From NCBI GenBank assembly GCA_002269645.1, contig NIVC01002137.1, positions 62,001 to 126,000 on the forward strand: a stretch of 64,000 nucleotides of DNA, given 5' to 3'. Shown piece by piece: positions 40,970 through 53,018 of this stretch (positions are counted from its first letter, which is position 1; each line of letters starts with the position of its first letter). This DNA comes from Macrostomum lignano (lineage: Eukaryota). The notes beneath the pieces are model-generated. The model worked only from the letters and a program-made list of their open reading frames with translations. It made no database searches and was not told the origin of the DNA. Both the position numbers and the translations under genes were made by a program.

Positions 40970-43695
40970 GTCAAAAGAGGCGCCAGTATTGAGTAAAAAG
41001 AGGCGCCAGTATTGAGTCAAAAGAGGCGCCAGTATTGAGTCAAAAGAGGCGCCAGTATTGAGTCAAAAGAGGCGCCAGTATTGAGTCAAAAGAGACGCCA
41101 ATATTGAGTCAAAAGAGACGCCAATATTGAGTCAAAAAAGGCACCAATATTGAGTCAAAGGAGGAGCCAACCAATGAGTCAAAAGAAGCGCCAGTATTGA
41201 GTCAAAAGAGACGCCAATATTGAGTCAAAAAAGGCACCAGTATTGAGTCAAAGGAGGAGCCAACCAATGAGTCAAAAGAAGCGCCAGTATTGAGTCAAAA
41301 GAGACGCCAATATTGAGTCAAAAAAGGCACCAATATTGAGTCAAAGGAGGAGCCAACCAATGAGTCAAAAGGAGCGCCAGTATTGAGTCAAAAGAGGCGC
41401 CAATATTGAGTCAAAAGAGACGCCAAAATTGAGTCAAAAGAGGGGCCAGTATTTAGTCAAAAGAGACGCCAATAGTGAGTCAAAAGAGACGCCAATATTG
41501 AGTCAAAAGAGGCCCCAGTATCAAGTCGAAAGAGACGCCAATATTGAGTCAAAAGAGACGCCAATATTGAGTCAAAAGAGACGCCAAAATCGAGTCAAAA
41601 GAGGCGCCAATATTGAGTCAAAAGAGGCGCCAGAATTTAGTCAAAAAAGACGCCAATATTGAGTCAAAGAGGAGCCAACCAATGAGTCAAAAGAGGCGCC
41701 AGTATTTAGTCAAAAGAGGCGCCAGTATTGAGTCAAAAGAGGCGCCAATATTGAGTCAAAAGAGACGCCAATATTGAGTCAAAAGAGGCGGCAGTATTTA
41801 GTCAAAAGAGTCGCCAGTATTGGGTCGAAAGAGGCGCCAGAATTTAGTCAGAAGAGACGCCAATATTGAGTCAAAAGAGACGCCAATATTGAGTCAAAAG
41901 AGACGCCAATATTGAGTCAAAAGAGGCGCCAGAATTTAGTCAAAAGAGGCGCCAGTATTGAGTCAAAAGAGACGCCAATATTGAGTCAAAAGAGGCGCCA
42001 ACCAATATGAGTCAAAAGAGGCGCCAGTATTGTGTCAAAAGAGGCGCCAGTATTGAGTCAAAAGAGGCGCCTGTATTGGGTCAAAAGAGACGCCAATATT
42101 GAGTCAAAAGAGACGCCAATATTGAGTCAAAGGAGGAGCCAACCAATGAGTCAAAAGAGGCGCCAGTATTGAGTCAAAAGAGGCGCCAATATTGAGTCAA
42201 AAGAGACGCCAATATTGAGTCAAAAGAGGCGCCAACCAATATGAGTCAAAAGAGGCGCCAGTATTGTGTCAAAAGAGGCGCCAATATTGAGTCAGAAGAG
42301 GCGCCAGTATTGAGTCAAAAGAGGCGCCAATATTGAGTCAGAAGAGGCGCCAGTATTGTGTCAAAAGAGGCGCCAATATTGAGTCAGAAGAGGCGCCAGT
42401 ATTGAGTCAAAAAAGGCACTAATATTGAGTCAAAGGAGGAGCCAACCAATGAGTCAAAAGAGGCGCCAGTATCGAGTCGAAAGAGACGCCAATATTGAGT
42501 CAAAAGAGACGCCAATATTGAGTCAAAAGAGACGCCAATATCGAGTCAAAAGAGGCGCCAGTATTGAGTCAAAAGAGACGCCAATATTGAGTCAAAAGAG
42601 ACGCCAATATTGAGTCAAAAGAGGCGCCAATATTGAGTCAAAAGAGACGCCAATATTGAGTCAAAAGAGGCGCCAGTATTGTGTCAAAAGAGGCGCCAGT
42701 ATTGTGTCAAAAGAGGCGCCAATATTGAGTCAGAAGAGGCGCCAGTATTGAGTCAAAAAAGGCACCAATATTGAGTCAAAGGAGGAGCCAACCAATGAGT
42801 CAAAAGAAGCGCCAGTATTGAGTCAAAAGAGGCGCCAATATTGAGTCAAAAGAGGCGCCAGTATTGTGTCAAAAGAGGCGCCAATATTGAGTCAGAAGAG
42901 GCGCCAGTATTGAGTCAAAAAAGGCACCAATATTGAGTCAAAGGAGGAGCCAACCAATGAGTCAAAAGAGGCGCCAGTATTGAGTCAAAAGAGGCGCCAA
43001 TATTGAGTCAAAAGAGGCGCCAGTATTGAGTCAAAAGAGGCGCCAGAATTTAGTCAAAAAAGACGCCAATATTGAGTCAAAAGAGACGCCAATATTGAGT
43101 CAATAGAGACGCCAATATCGAGTCAAAAGAGGCGCCAATATTGAGTCAAAAGAGGCGCCAGAATTTAGTCAAAAAGACGCCAATATTGAGTCAAAGAGGA
43201 GCCAACCAATGAGTCAAAAGAGGTGCCAGAATTTAGTCAGAAGAGACGCCAATATTGAGTCTAAAGAGACGCCAATATTGAGTCAAAAGAGGCGCCAGTA
43301 TTGGGTCAAAAGAGGCGCCAGAATTTAGTCAGAAGAGACGCCAATATTGAGTCAAAAGAGACGCCAATATTGTGTCAAAAGAGGCGCCAATATTGAGTCA
43401 GAAGAGGCGCCAGTATTGAGTCAAAAAAGGCACTAATATTGAGTCAAAAGAGACGCCAGAATTTAATATAAAAGGCCCCAGTATCAAGTCAAAAGAGGCG
43501 CCAGTATTGAGTCAAAAAAGGCGCCAGTACTGAGTCAAGAGACGCCAGTACTGAGTCAAAAAGAGGCGCTTGAATTTAGTCAAAAAGGCCCCAGTAGCAA
43601 GTTAAAACAGACGCAAATATTGAGTAAAATGAAGCGCCATTATTGAATCAAAAGAGGCGCTAATATTGAGTCAAGAGGCGCCAATATTGAGTCAG
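40970..43695. repeat. 23-bp minisatellite (GAGTCAAAAGAGGCGCCAGTATT)n, each unit junction forming TGAGTCA
   Basis: Period 23 over ~2.7 kb (~115-120 units by length); variant GGAGGAGCCAACCAAT units interspersed. Confidence 0.97.
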
Positions 43696-43817
43696 AAGCT
43701 GAGCCCAAAGTCAAGTCTCAAATTCGCAGTTTTATCAGTAAACTGTCTATCGCTGAACTTCCGCTCACAGAGCGCCCTCACAAGCAGCTGCCGACAGCAA
43801 GAAACTTCGCGGCCGCA

Positions 43818-46064
43818 ATGAGCAGCCGATTTGCAGGCCGTTGGTCGACTTCGCCGCCCAAAATTCGCCTCTCTCTGCTGCTCCTGGTGATGTTTGGATT
43901 CTTTGCCGGAACAGCTCAAGCTATGTGGGTGCAGGAGTACGAGCGGTTGGCCTACTCGATTCCCGAGCCGCAAGGTCAGAAATTTTACACAAGTTGTTGT
44001 GCGTGACTGACAGAGCAGCGAAATGTAATTTCGCCGTAGCTATAAGGGGCGCCAATATTTAGTGTCTCGGTTGGTGTCCTTGTCCAACAGCGAAATGTGA
44101 GATTGCTGATTGGTTTATTTAATTTCTGACTCTTAGTTGGCGCCCCAGTCTCTTATTTGGCGCCCCAGTCTCTTATTTGGTGCCCCAGTCTCTTAGTTGG
44201 CGCCCCAGTTTCTTAGTTCGCGCCCCAGTCTTTTAGTTGGCGCCCCAGTCTCTTAGTTGGCGCCCCAGACTCTTATAGTCGGCGCCCCAGTCTCTTATTT
44301 GGCGCCTCAGTCTCTTAGTTGGCGCCACTGTCTCTTAGTTGGCGCCACTGTCTCTTAGTCGGCGCCCCTGTCTCTTGGTTGGCGCCACTGTCTCTTGGTT
44401 GGCACCCAGTTGTCTCATGGTTGGCGCCCAGTTGTCTCATGGTTGGCGCCCAGTTGTCTCATGGTTGGCGCCCAGTTGTCTCATGGTTGGCGCCCAGTTG
44501 TCTCATGGTTGGCGGCCGTCTATTGGTTGGCCCTGAACATATGTAGTTCTGTCATAAAGTTTTTCATTTTTTCCTTAATGATCCTTTATGTCACAGACCA
44601 ACAGCCAGGGGGGGGGCTACATGCCGTATCTCGAATTTAGTTTTTGCCACGGGGTCAATAAACCCGACAGAACGAGCCCCTGTTCACTAGACAACTTGAT
44701 CAGCATTGAGTGCACTGTGCAAATAAACGACGGTTATGCGATTAATTGCCTCAACTGATGGAGCCGCGGAAAGTTTTGTCAATCATCTCACCAAGCAGCC
44801 GGTGCAATATTTTTTACTTAATTGGCCAAGCAAAAATGTTTCATTCTAGGTGGGTGGCAATGTCCTTTTGGTTGCTCTGCCATTGAAACTCGAACTGGGA
44901 GCTTGTGTCGGTGTGGAGAATTGCTAACTGGGGAATTGCTGGCTGAAGAATAACTCACTGGGGAAATGCTGACTGGGGAATTGCTGTCTGGGGAATTGCT
45001 GACTGGGGAATTGCTGACTGGGAAATTGCTGTCTGGGGAATTGCTGTCTGGGTAAGAACTGACTGTGGAATTGCTGTCTGGGGAATTGCTACCTGGGGAA
45101 TTGCTGGCTGAGGAATAACTCACTGGGGAATTGCTGGCTGAGAAAGAAGTGACTGGGGAATTGCTGTCTGGGGAATTGCTGGCTGAGGAAGAATTGACTG
45201 GGTAATTGCTCACTGAGGAAGAAGTGACTGGGGAATTGCTGGCTGAGGAAGAACTGACTGGGGAATTGCTGGCTGAGGAAGAACTGACTGTGGAAAGAAT
45301 TGACTGGGGAATTGCTGTCTGGGGAATTGCTGACTGGGAAAGAATTGACTGGGGAATTGCTGGCTGAGGAAGAAGTGACAGGGAAATTGCTGTCTGGGGA
45401 ATTGCTGTCTGGGGAATTGCTGACTGGGGAATTGCTGTGTGGGGAATTGCTGACTGGGGAATTGGTGGCTGGGAAATTGCTGACTGGGAAAGAATGGACT
45501 GGGGAATTGCTGTCTGGGGAATTGCTGACTGGGAAAGAATTGACTGGGGAATTGCTGGCTGAGGAAGAAGTGACTGGGGAATTGCTGGCTGAGGAAGAAG
45601 TGACTGGGAAATTGCTGTCTGGGGAATTGCTGACTGGGAAAGAATTGACTGGGGAATTGCTGGCTGAGGAAGAAGTGACTGGGGAATTGCTGGCTGAGGA
45701 AGAAGTGACTGGGAAATTGCTGTCTGGGGAATTGCTGTCTGGGGAATTGCTGACTGGGGAATTGCTGTGTGGGGAATTGCTGACTGGGAAAGAATTGACT
45801 GGGGCATTGCACTTGTGTAGTTCAATAAATGCGTGCTAAACTGACTAAATAATGTTAAATTTTACAGCAATCCACCGCCGCTCTCAAACAGCTGCACCAG
45901 GCGAGGTCATATCCTACTTTCCCTGCTCCTACGGCGGCATCCCATATCCGGTTTCCTGCGGCTCCGGCGCGGGGCCAAGAGTGTTCCGTTCTAAGAAAGG
46001 ATTTCTAGTCTGTGTGTGCCTCTGCTCAGCCCAGGCCGCCGGGCCCAACTGCCTGCCTGACTGA
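43818..46064 (+). CDS. Small secreted cysteine-rich peptide precursor (117 aa), unknown family
   Basis: Exons 43818-43974 and 45868-46064, phase 1 compatible. Hydrophobic LSLLLLVMFGFFAGTAQA signal, IHRR dibasic site, 6 Cys in the C-terminal ~60 aa ending CVCLC...NCLPD. Confidence 0.7.
44140..44515. repeat. 20-22-bp minisatellite (TCTTAGTTGGCGCCCCAGTC)n, intronic
   Basis: About 18 copies in two sub-blocks. Confidence 0.93.
44900..45810. repeat. 15-bp-based minisatellite (CTGGGGAATTGCTGA)n with higher-order blocks, intronic
   Basis: About 55 units. Confidence 0.95.
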
Positions 46065-46230
46065 CTGTCGGCTAATATAACACTTAATTAACTCTTAATC
46101 AAGTACCTGACCGTTCTATCAATAATTAGAAATTATTTGAAGCCTAAAGCATCAAAATAAATATTGATTCCCTCTCCCCTATTTAGCCTGCGTTGTGTCT
46201 TAGTGAATTTTGTGTTAAAATATGCTATAA

Positions 46231-47195
46231 ATGGGAGATTAATATGTTTACTCAAAATGGCAATTATGGGAGATTAATATGTTTACTCAAAATGGCAATT
46301 ATGGGAGATTAATATGTTTACTCAAAATGGCAATTATGGGAGATTAATATGTTTACTCAAAATGGCAATTATGGGAGATTAATATGTTTACTCAAAATGG
46401 CAATTATGGGAGATTAATATGTTTACTCAAAATGGCAATTATGGGAGATTAATATGTTTACTCAAAATGGCAATTATGGGAGATTAATATGTTTACTCAA
46501 AATGGCAATTATGGGAGATTAATATGTTTACTCAAAATGGCAATTATGGGAGATTAATATGTTTACTCAAAATGGCAATTATGGGAGATTAATATGTCTG
46601 CTCAGAATGCCATAAATGGGAGATTAATATGTCTGCTCAAAATGCCATAAATAAGAGATTAATATGTCTGCTCAGAATGCCATAAATGAGAGATTAATAT
46701 GTCTGCTCAGAATGTCATAAATGGGAGATTAATATGTCTGCTCAGAATGTCATAAATGGGAGATTAATATGTCTGCTCAGAATGTCATAAATGGGAGATT
46801 AATATGTCTGCTCAGAATGCCATAAATGGGAGATTAATATGTCTGCTCAGAATGTCATAAATGGGAGATTAATATGTCTGCTCAGAATGCCATAAATGGG
46901 AGATTAATATGTCTGCTCAGAATGTCATATATGGGAGATTAATATGTCTGCTCAGAATGCCATAAATGGGAGATTAATATGTCTGCTCAGAATGTCATAA
47001 ATGGGAGATTAATATGTCTGCTCAGAATGCCATAAATGGGAGATTAATATGTCTGCTCAGAATGTCATATATGGGAGATTAATATGTCTGCTCAGAATGC
47101 CATAAATGGGAGATTAATATGTCTGCTCAGAATGTCATAAATGGGAGATTAATATGTCTGCTCAGAATGTCATAAATGGGAGATTAATATGTCTG
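46231..47195. repeat. 35-bp minisatellite with two homogenised sub-arrays
   Basis: Ten identical A units at 46231-46580 (..TTTACTCAAAATGGCAATT), then B units (..TCTGCTCAGAATGCCATAA). Confidence 0.97.
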
Positions 47196-47860
47196 TGTTT
47201 TGAAGTTGAAGACAAATGAAAAATAAGTTTGAAACTTTACAAATATTTAGGGCATGAAGATATTCATAGCAAATAAATTTGGTGCATTTCAATTCACATT
47301 GGTTGTTGGGACGCTAATTCAACTTTGAAATAAATTTATTTCACTTAGCAAATGCAAATTAAAGTTAAAAAAGCAGATTACATGGCAATGGGCACTATTA
47401 GAAAAACAAAAATGTTTTTGGAATGGATTTAAACTTGCTGGTTAAATTTTGATAGGTAATAAAACTTGTGCGCCACAGTTAATGCATACACAGAAACGCA
47501 TATTACTACTAGTGGCTAGGGGACGAGTAGTATAGTCTTCGTTAAGAAGACGATGTCAATAAAAAACTAAAAAAAACACGATGAAGAATGTATTTTTAAT
47601 GCAAAAATATTGTAATTAAACATACCATAGCACAGCTTCTCCCCTATGGTTTTGTTGACAAAATAAGCTTTAGTAAAAAATCAAGCTCACGATGCGAGTT
47701 CAGCTAAGATCAATGGAAACTTTGCAGTTTCCTAGTAACTATTTGAAGGCTTTTAATTAATCAAGTTTCTTATTGTAAGCAGATTAAAGCTAAAGGATAA
47801 ATCAGTATAACAAAGAAAAGGACGGCATAAAAGAGAGGTGACAAGTCAAGAAGCGGTCAG

Positions 47861-50800
47861 TCAGCCACTGTCACAGCTGTCCCTATCGGAAGTCTGCTTC
47901 AACTGCTGCTGTTGTTGCCAGTTCTGCTTTTGCAAGCCGGCTAAAAGAGGCCTACAAGACAGCAGCGATAGCTCCTCAGCATCTCCAGCATCTTCAGCAT
48001 CTTCAGTTGGCACCTTCATCAGTTTATCACTTTTCAATAGCGTTCTAACAGTCTCCGATACAATGGTTCTGGTGGTGGTTGATGCGGCAGCGGCGGCAGC
48101 TGGAGCAGCTGAATAATCCATATGAGTAGCGGCAGCGGACTCCTGCACAAGTCTGTACTGCTGCTGCTGATGATGCTGGTAGATGCTGGTTGTGCCATTC
48201 AATAACTGATGCCGCATCAGGTAGTTTTTCGTGTCCAGAGTCAAATAGGTGGGCCGGTAGAGCGCGGCGGCGTCACCAATAGAGGCTGAGGTGTCGTCCC
48301 TGTTGCAGGCATATTTCTGAGCCAGCAGGCTGAACTCGTCGCATTCGGTTGTGGAGGCGGTGGCGGCCGCGGCGGCTGCGGCTGCGGCAGCTGCGGCAGC
48401 GAATAGAGAGGGTACGGCGCCGCCTGCTGGCTCGCTGTTGGCGCTGTGAATGGCGTGTTGTGGGAGTTGGATTCTTGATAGAAACCTATTCAGTGAACTC
48501 TTCTCTCGGCAAGGTAAGAGCGAGTGACAAATTAAAGAACAAATGACTAACAAGAAAGATTAAAGAGCGACATCACTAGTGACAATTGAATGAAATAGAC
48601 AGTGAAAAGCGAGTGAAACTGAGAGTGAAAAGCGAGTGATACCAGAGTGACAAGCGAGTGACTTCGGAAGTGATAAGTGAATGAAATTGAGAGTGACAGT
48701 GAGTAAAATCTAGAGTGACAAGCGAGTGACATCGGGAGTGACATGTGAATGATATCGAGAGTGAAAGTGAGTAAAATCTAGAGTGACAAGCGAGTGACAT
48801 CGGGAGTGACATGTGAATGAAATCGAGTGACAAGTGAGTGATATCGGGAGTGAAAGGTGAATTAATTAAGAGTGACATCAAACTGACACCGGGAGTGAAA
48901 GGTGACGTTGTTAGTGATGCATCAGGAGTGTCAATCGAGCAAAAGAAGACCAATTAGCAAATCAAGCAAAACAACAAAGGAAAAGCATAAAAGATTACGA
49001 ACCAGAAATCAGTGAAGTCGCAGTCAACAAGTCCATTTTGTTGGTTTAGCAAAGTTCTGCCATTGGTCAGAGACAACTGCTGCTGCTGCTGCTGAACTTC
49101 TTTCTGCTGTTGTTGCAGTTTCTGCTTTTGCTGAGCCTGTTGTTGCTTTGTTTGTTTCGGATGCTGCTGCTGTTGCTGCTGCTGTCTGAGCAGCATTTCC
49201 TCGATTGTGTTCTGTTTATGAAAAATATAGCGTAGAGAAAAGGGAATCATAACCGGGTCTACAGAGTTTGCCAGCCAAGATTTACCAGACAGACATTTGC
49301 CAGCCAAGATTTACCAGACAGACATTTGCCAGCCAAGATTTACCAGCCAGAAATTTGCCAGTTAAGATTTACCAGCCAGACATTTGCCAGCCAAGATTTA
49401 CTAGCCAGACATTTGCCAGCCAAGATTTACCAGCCAGACATTTGCCAGCCAAGATTTACCAGCCAGACATTTGCCAGCCAAGATTTATCAGACAGACATT
49501 TGCCAGTTAAGATTTACCAGCCAGACATTTGCCAGCGAAGATTTACCAGCCAGACATTTGCCAGCCAAGATTTACCAGCCAAGATTTACCAGCCAGACAT
49601 TTGCCAGCCAAGATTTACCAGCCAGACATTTGCCAGCCAAGATTTACCAGCCAGACATTTGCCAGCCAAGATTTACCAGCCAGACATTTGCCAGCCAAGA
49701 TTTACCAGCCAGACATTTGCCAGCCAAGATTTACCAGCCAGACATTTGCCAGCCAAGATTTACCAGCCAGACATTTGCCAGCCAAGATTTACCAGCCAGA
49801 CATTTGCCAGCCAAGATTTACCAGCCAGACATTATTTAAACAGTCACAATTTCTAAACTTCCAAGCACAGTGTATTTATATAACTATTTAGTAATGCTTT
49901 AATACAACGGACTTGAATGGATTATTACATATTATATTTAATATTTAAAACACACTTACCAGCAAGTTTCTAAAGTACTTTTTCTGCGTGGAAGCATCCT
50001 CGCCGTCGGCTGGTGCTGACTCAGCCTCCTGGATGGCCAACTGGAATTATTTTAAAGTTTTTCTTAGTAGCCGTAATGGTATTATCAGCTGCAATGGGAT
50101 TATCAGCTTCAATGGGATTATCAGCTACAATGGGATTATCAGCTACAATGGGATTATCAGCTACAATGGGATTATCAGCTACAATGGGATTATCAGCTAC
50201 AATGGGATTATCAGCTACAATGGTATTATCAGCTGCAATGGGATTATCAGCTTCAATGGGATTATCAGCTACAATGGGATTATCAGCTACAATGGGATTA
50301 TCAGCTACAATGGGATTATCAGCTACAATGGGATTATCAGCTACAATGGGATTATCAGCTACAATGGTATTATCAGCTGCAATGGTATTATCAGCTGCAA
50401 TGGGATTATCAGCCGTAATGGTATTATCAGCTACAATGGGGCTATCAGCTGCAATGGTATTATCAGCTACAATGGTATTATCAGCTGCAATGGGATTATC
50501 AGCTACAATGGGATTATCTGCTACAATGGGATTATCAGCTACAATGGTATTATCAGCTGCAATGGTATTATCAGCTGCAATGGGATTATCAGCCGTAATG
50601 GTATTATCAGCTACAATGGGGCTATCAGCTGCAATGGTATTATCAGCTACAATGGTATTATCAGCTGCAATGGGATTATCAGCTACAATGGTATTATCAG
50701 CTACAATGGTATTATCAGCTGCAATGGGATTATTAACTACAATGGGGTTATCAGCTGCAATGGGATTATCAGCTACAATGGGGCTATCAGCTGCAATGGT

Positions 50801-53018
50801 ATTATCAGCTACAATGGTATTATCAGCTGCAATGGGATTATCAGCTACAATGGGATTATCAGCTACAATGGGATTATGAGCTGCAATGGGATTATTAACT
50901 ACAATGGGGTTATCAGCTGCAATGGGATTATCAGCTACGGATTAAAAGCTATCGGATTAATCGCTTGTCTCACCTTATCATGTCGCCCATTAGTCGCTGT
51001 CGGCCCAACAACGGCACCAACTAGCGGTCCAGGTTCCGACACGGCCGCCGCTTCAACCGCATCTGCAGTGCCGACTGGGTTGGTGCCAGAAGTCGGTGCT
51101 AGGCTCTCCAGCCGGCAGTGGGTGCAGTCGCACCGAACCGCAGGTGCACCAGCGCCGTTCGCGCCGCCGGCGCCGGCGCCCACATTCCACATGTTGGCCT
51201 TGACGTTGGCGTCCACCGAATTGTCGGGCGGTCGAGAGGCGGCGGCAGCGGCTACGGGCAAATCCGACGTTGAAGTGGCCGCGTCCCTAGTCGTAACCAT
51301 GGTAACCGTGTTGACGCCCACGCTGGTAACATTTCTAACGCTCGGAGTCCTTGAACCAGCAGTGGCAGCCAAGAGCTCTTCGTACCTCTGCCTGGCCGCA
51401 TCCTGGTCAATAAGCAGTCGCTTGAGCTGGTCTTGAAGGTCGCGGAGTTGCTCCTCCTGCCGGAGCAGCAGACGGTACACCTCCGGCGGGGTGTCGCTGC
51501 CTGCTGCAGTCGGCTTATCGACGCAGTTCGCTGGAGCAGAGGCAGCCAGGCCTTGACGACGCGGCTTAACGGCGTGAGAGCGGGAAACAGGGAGATTAAA
51601 TAAAAGCTTGTAGGTCTGACTGCATGATGTCAGACGATAGGAAACTGGGTGAGATGAGAGAGAAACTGGGTGAGATTGTGAGAGAAACTGGGTGAGATGA
51701 GAGAGAAACTGGGTGAGATTGTGAGAGAAACTGGGTGAGATGGAGAGAGAAACGGGGTGAGATTGTGAGAGAAACTGGGTGAGATGGAGAGAGAAACTAG
51801 GTGAGATTGTGAGAGAAACTGGGTGAGATGGAGAGAGAAACTAGGTGAGATTGTGAGAGAAACTGGGTGAGATAGTGAGAGAAACTGAGTGAGATTGTGA
51901 GAGAAACTGAGTGAGATTGTGAGAGAAACTGGGTGAGATTGTGAGAGAAACTGGGTGAGATAGTGAGAGAAACTGAGTGAGATTGTGAGAGAAACTGGGA
52001 GAGATTGTGAGAGAAACTGAGTGAGATTGTGAGAGAAACTGGGTGAGATTGTGAGAGAAACTGAGTGAGATTGTGAGAGAAACTGAGTGCGATTGTGAGA
52101 GAAACTGGGTGAGATTGTGAGAGAAACTGAGTGAGGTTGTGAGAGAAACTGGGTGAGAAATTGAGAGAAATTGAGTGAGATTGAGAGAGAAACTGAGATA
52201 GTGAGAGAAACTGAGTGATATTGTGAGAGAAACTGAGTGAGATTGTGAGAGAAACTGGGTGAGATTGTGAGAAACTGGGTGAGATTGTGAGAAACTGGGT
52301 GAGATTGTGAGAGAAACGGAGTGAGGTTGTGAAATAAACTTCAAGCTTTCGAGGAATTAAATAATTTTTACACTTTCCAAGACATGGAACACTCTTCCCT
52401 ACTCACAGGCTTCTCCTGTCGCAGGTAATTAGCGCTGCCTGTCTCCTGCTGTTGCTGTTGCTGAGCTCGTTTCTTCCTAGTCTTCTGTTGCTGCTGCTGC
52501 TGCTGCTGCATTTGGGCTCCTCCGTAAGCAGCCACCGCAGCAGGAGCAGCAGAAGCGAAGTACTGATCGCAGCCATTGCCGCCTCCGTTGTACTCGTAGC
52601 TGGGATAATCGGGAGCCGCACCTGCGTGACGACTGTTAGCAGAAGCCAGTCTACTAGAAGCAACCACTCCGGCAGAAGGATGCAAAGCAGTTGACGCTAC
52701 AAGCGGCATGGGCGGCATGACCACGCAGGGATAGGCGGCTGTAGCGGTGGTGGCGCCCATGCCTGCCGGGTGCTGATAGAACACATACGGCTGTTGCTGA
52801 TATTGCTGTTGCTGTTGTTGCTTTCGGTGCTTCTGCTTTTGCTGCTGCTGCTGCTGCTGCTGCTGAACGGGCTCAGTTTGGATTGGCGATATCGACAATG
52901 GGCGTCGAGGAATCGACTCGTCGCTTGAGCAGCTGTACAGCCTGGGCCGCTGCTGCTGTTGCTGAGCCATTGCGGCGCCAGTAGCTGCGGCGGCAGCGGC
53001 GTTCGGTTTGCGAGACAT
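47861..53018 (-). CDS. STIL: STIL/Ana2/SAS-5-like centriole assembly protein (short form)
   Basis: Exons 53018-52407, 51564-50974, 50040-49960, 49211-49003 and ~48490-47861 (last acceptor uncertain). Coiled coil YRLLLRQEEQLRDLQDQLKRLL; QKKYFRNLL; STAN-like EFSLLAQKY; TIM-like DTKNYLMRHQLL. Confidence 0.72.
48570..48930. repeat. Degenerate GAGTGA-rich repeat in a STIL intron
   Basis: Recurrent GAGTGACA/GAGTGAAA units. Confidence 0.75.
49265..49830. repeat. 29-bp minisatellite (GCCAGCCAAGATTTACCAGCCAGACATTT)n in a STIL intron
   Basis: About 19 copies. Confidence 0.96.
50070..50940. repeat. 18-bp minisatellite (ATGGGATTATCAGCTACA)n in a STIL intron
   Basis: About 48 copies; stop-free in two frames, giving spurious ORFs. 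Confidence 0.97.
51640..52330. repeat. 22-bp minisatellite (GAGAGAAACTGGGTGAGATTGT)n in a STIL intron
   Basis: About 31 copies. Confidence 0.96.

Noticed and set aside
44818-45839. ORFs with PQSA/QQFP/GELL repeats
   Set aside because: Translations of the 15-bp intronic array.
40970-47195. CRISPR-like arrays
   Set aside because: Units are contiguous tandem copies without unique spacers, no cas genes are present, and the context is eukaryotic.
49988-51436. 482-aa ORF with NGIISY repeats (and the 288-aa overlapping ORF)
   Set aside because: Stop-free 18-bp intronic minisatellite plus the antisense of a STIL exon; not a gene.
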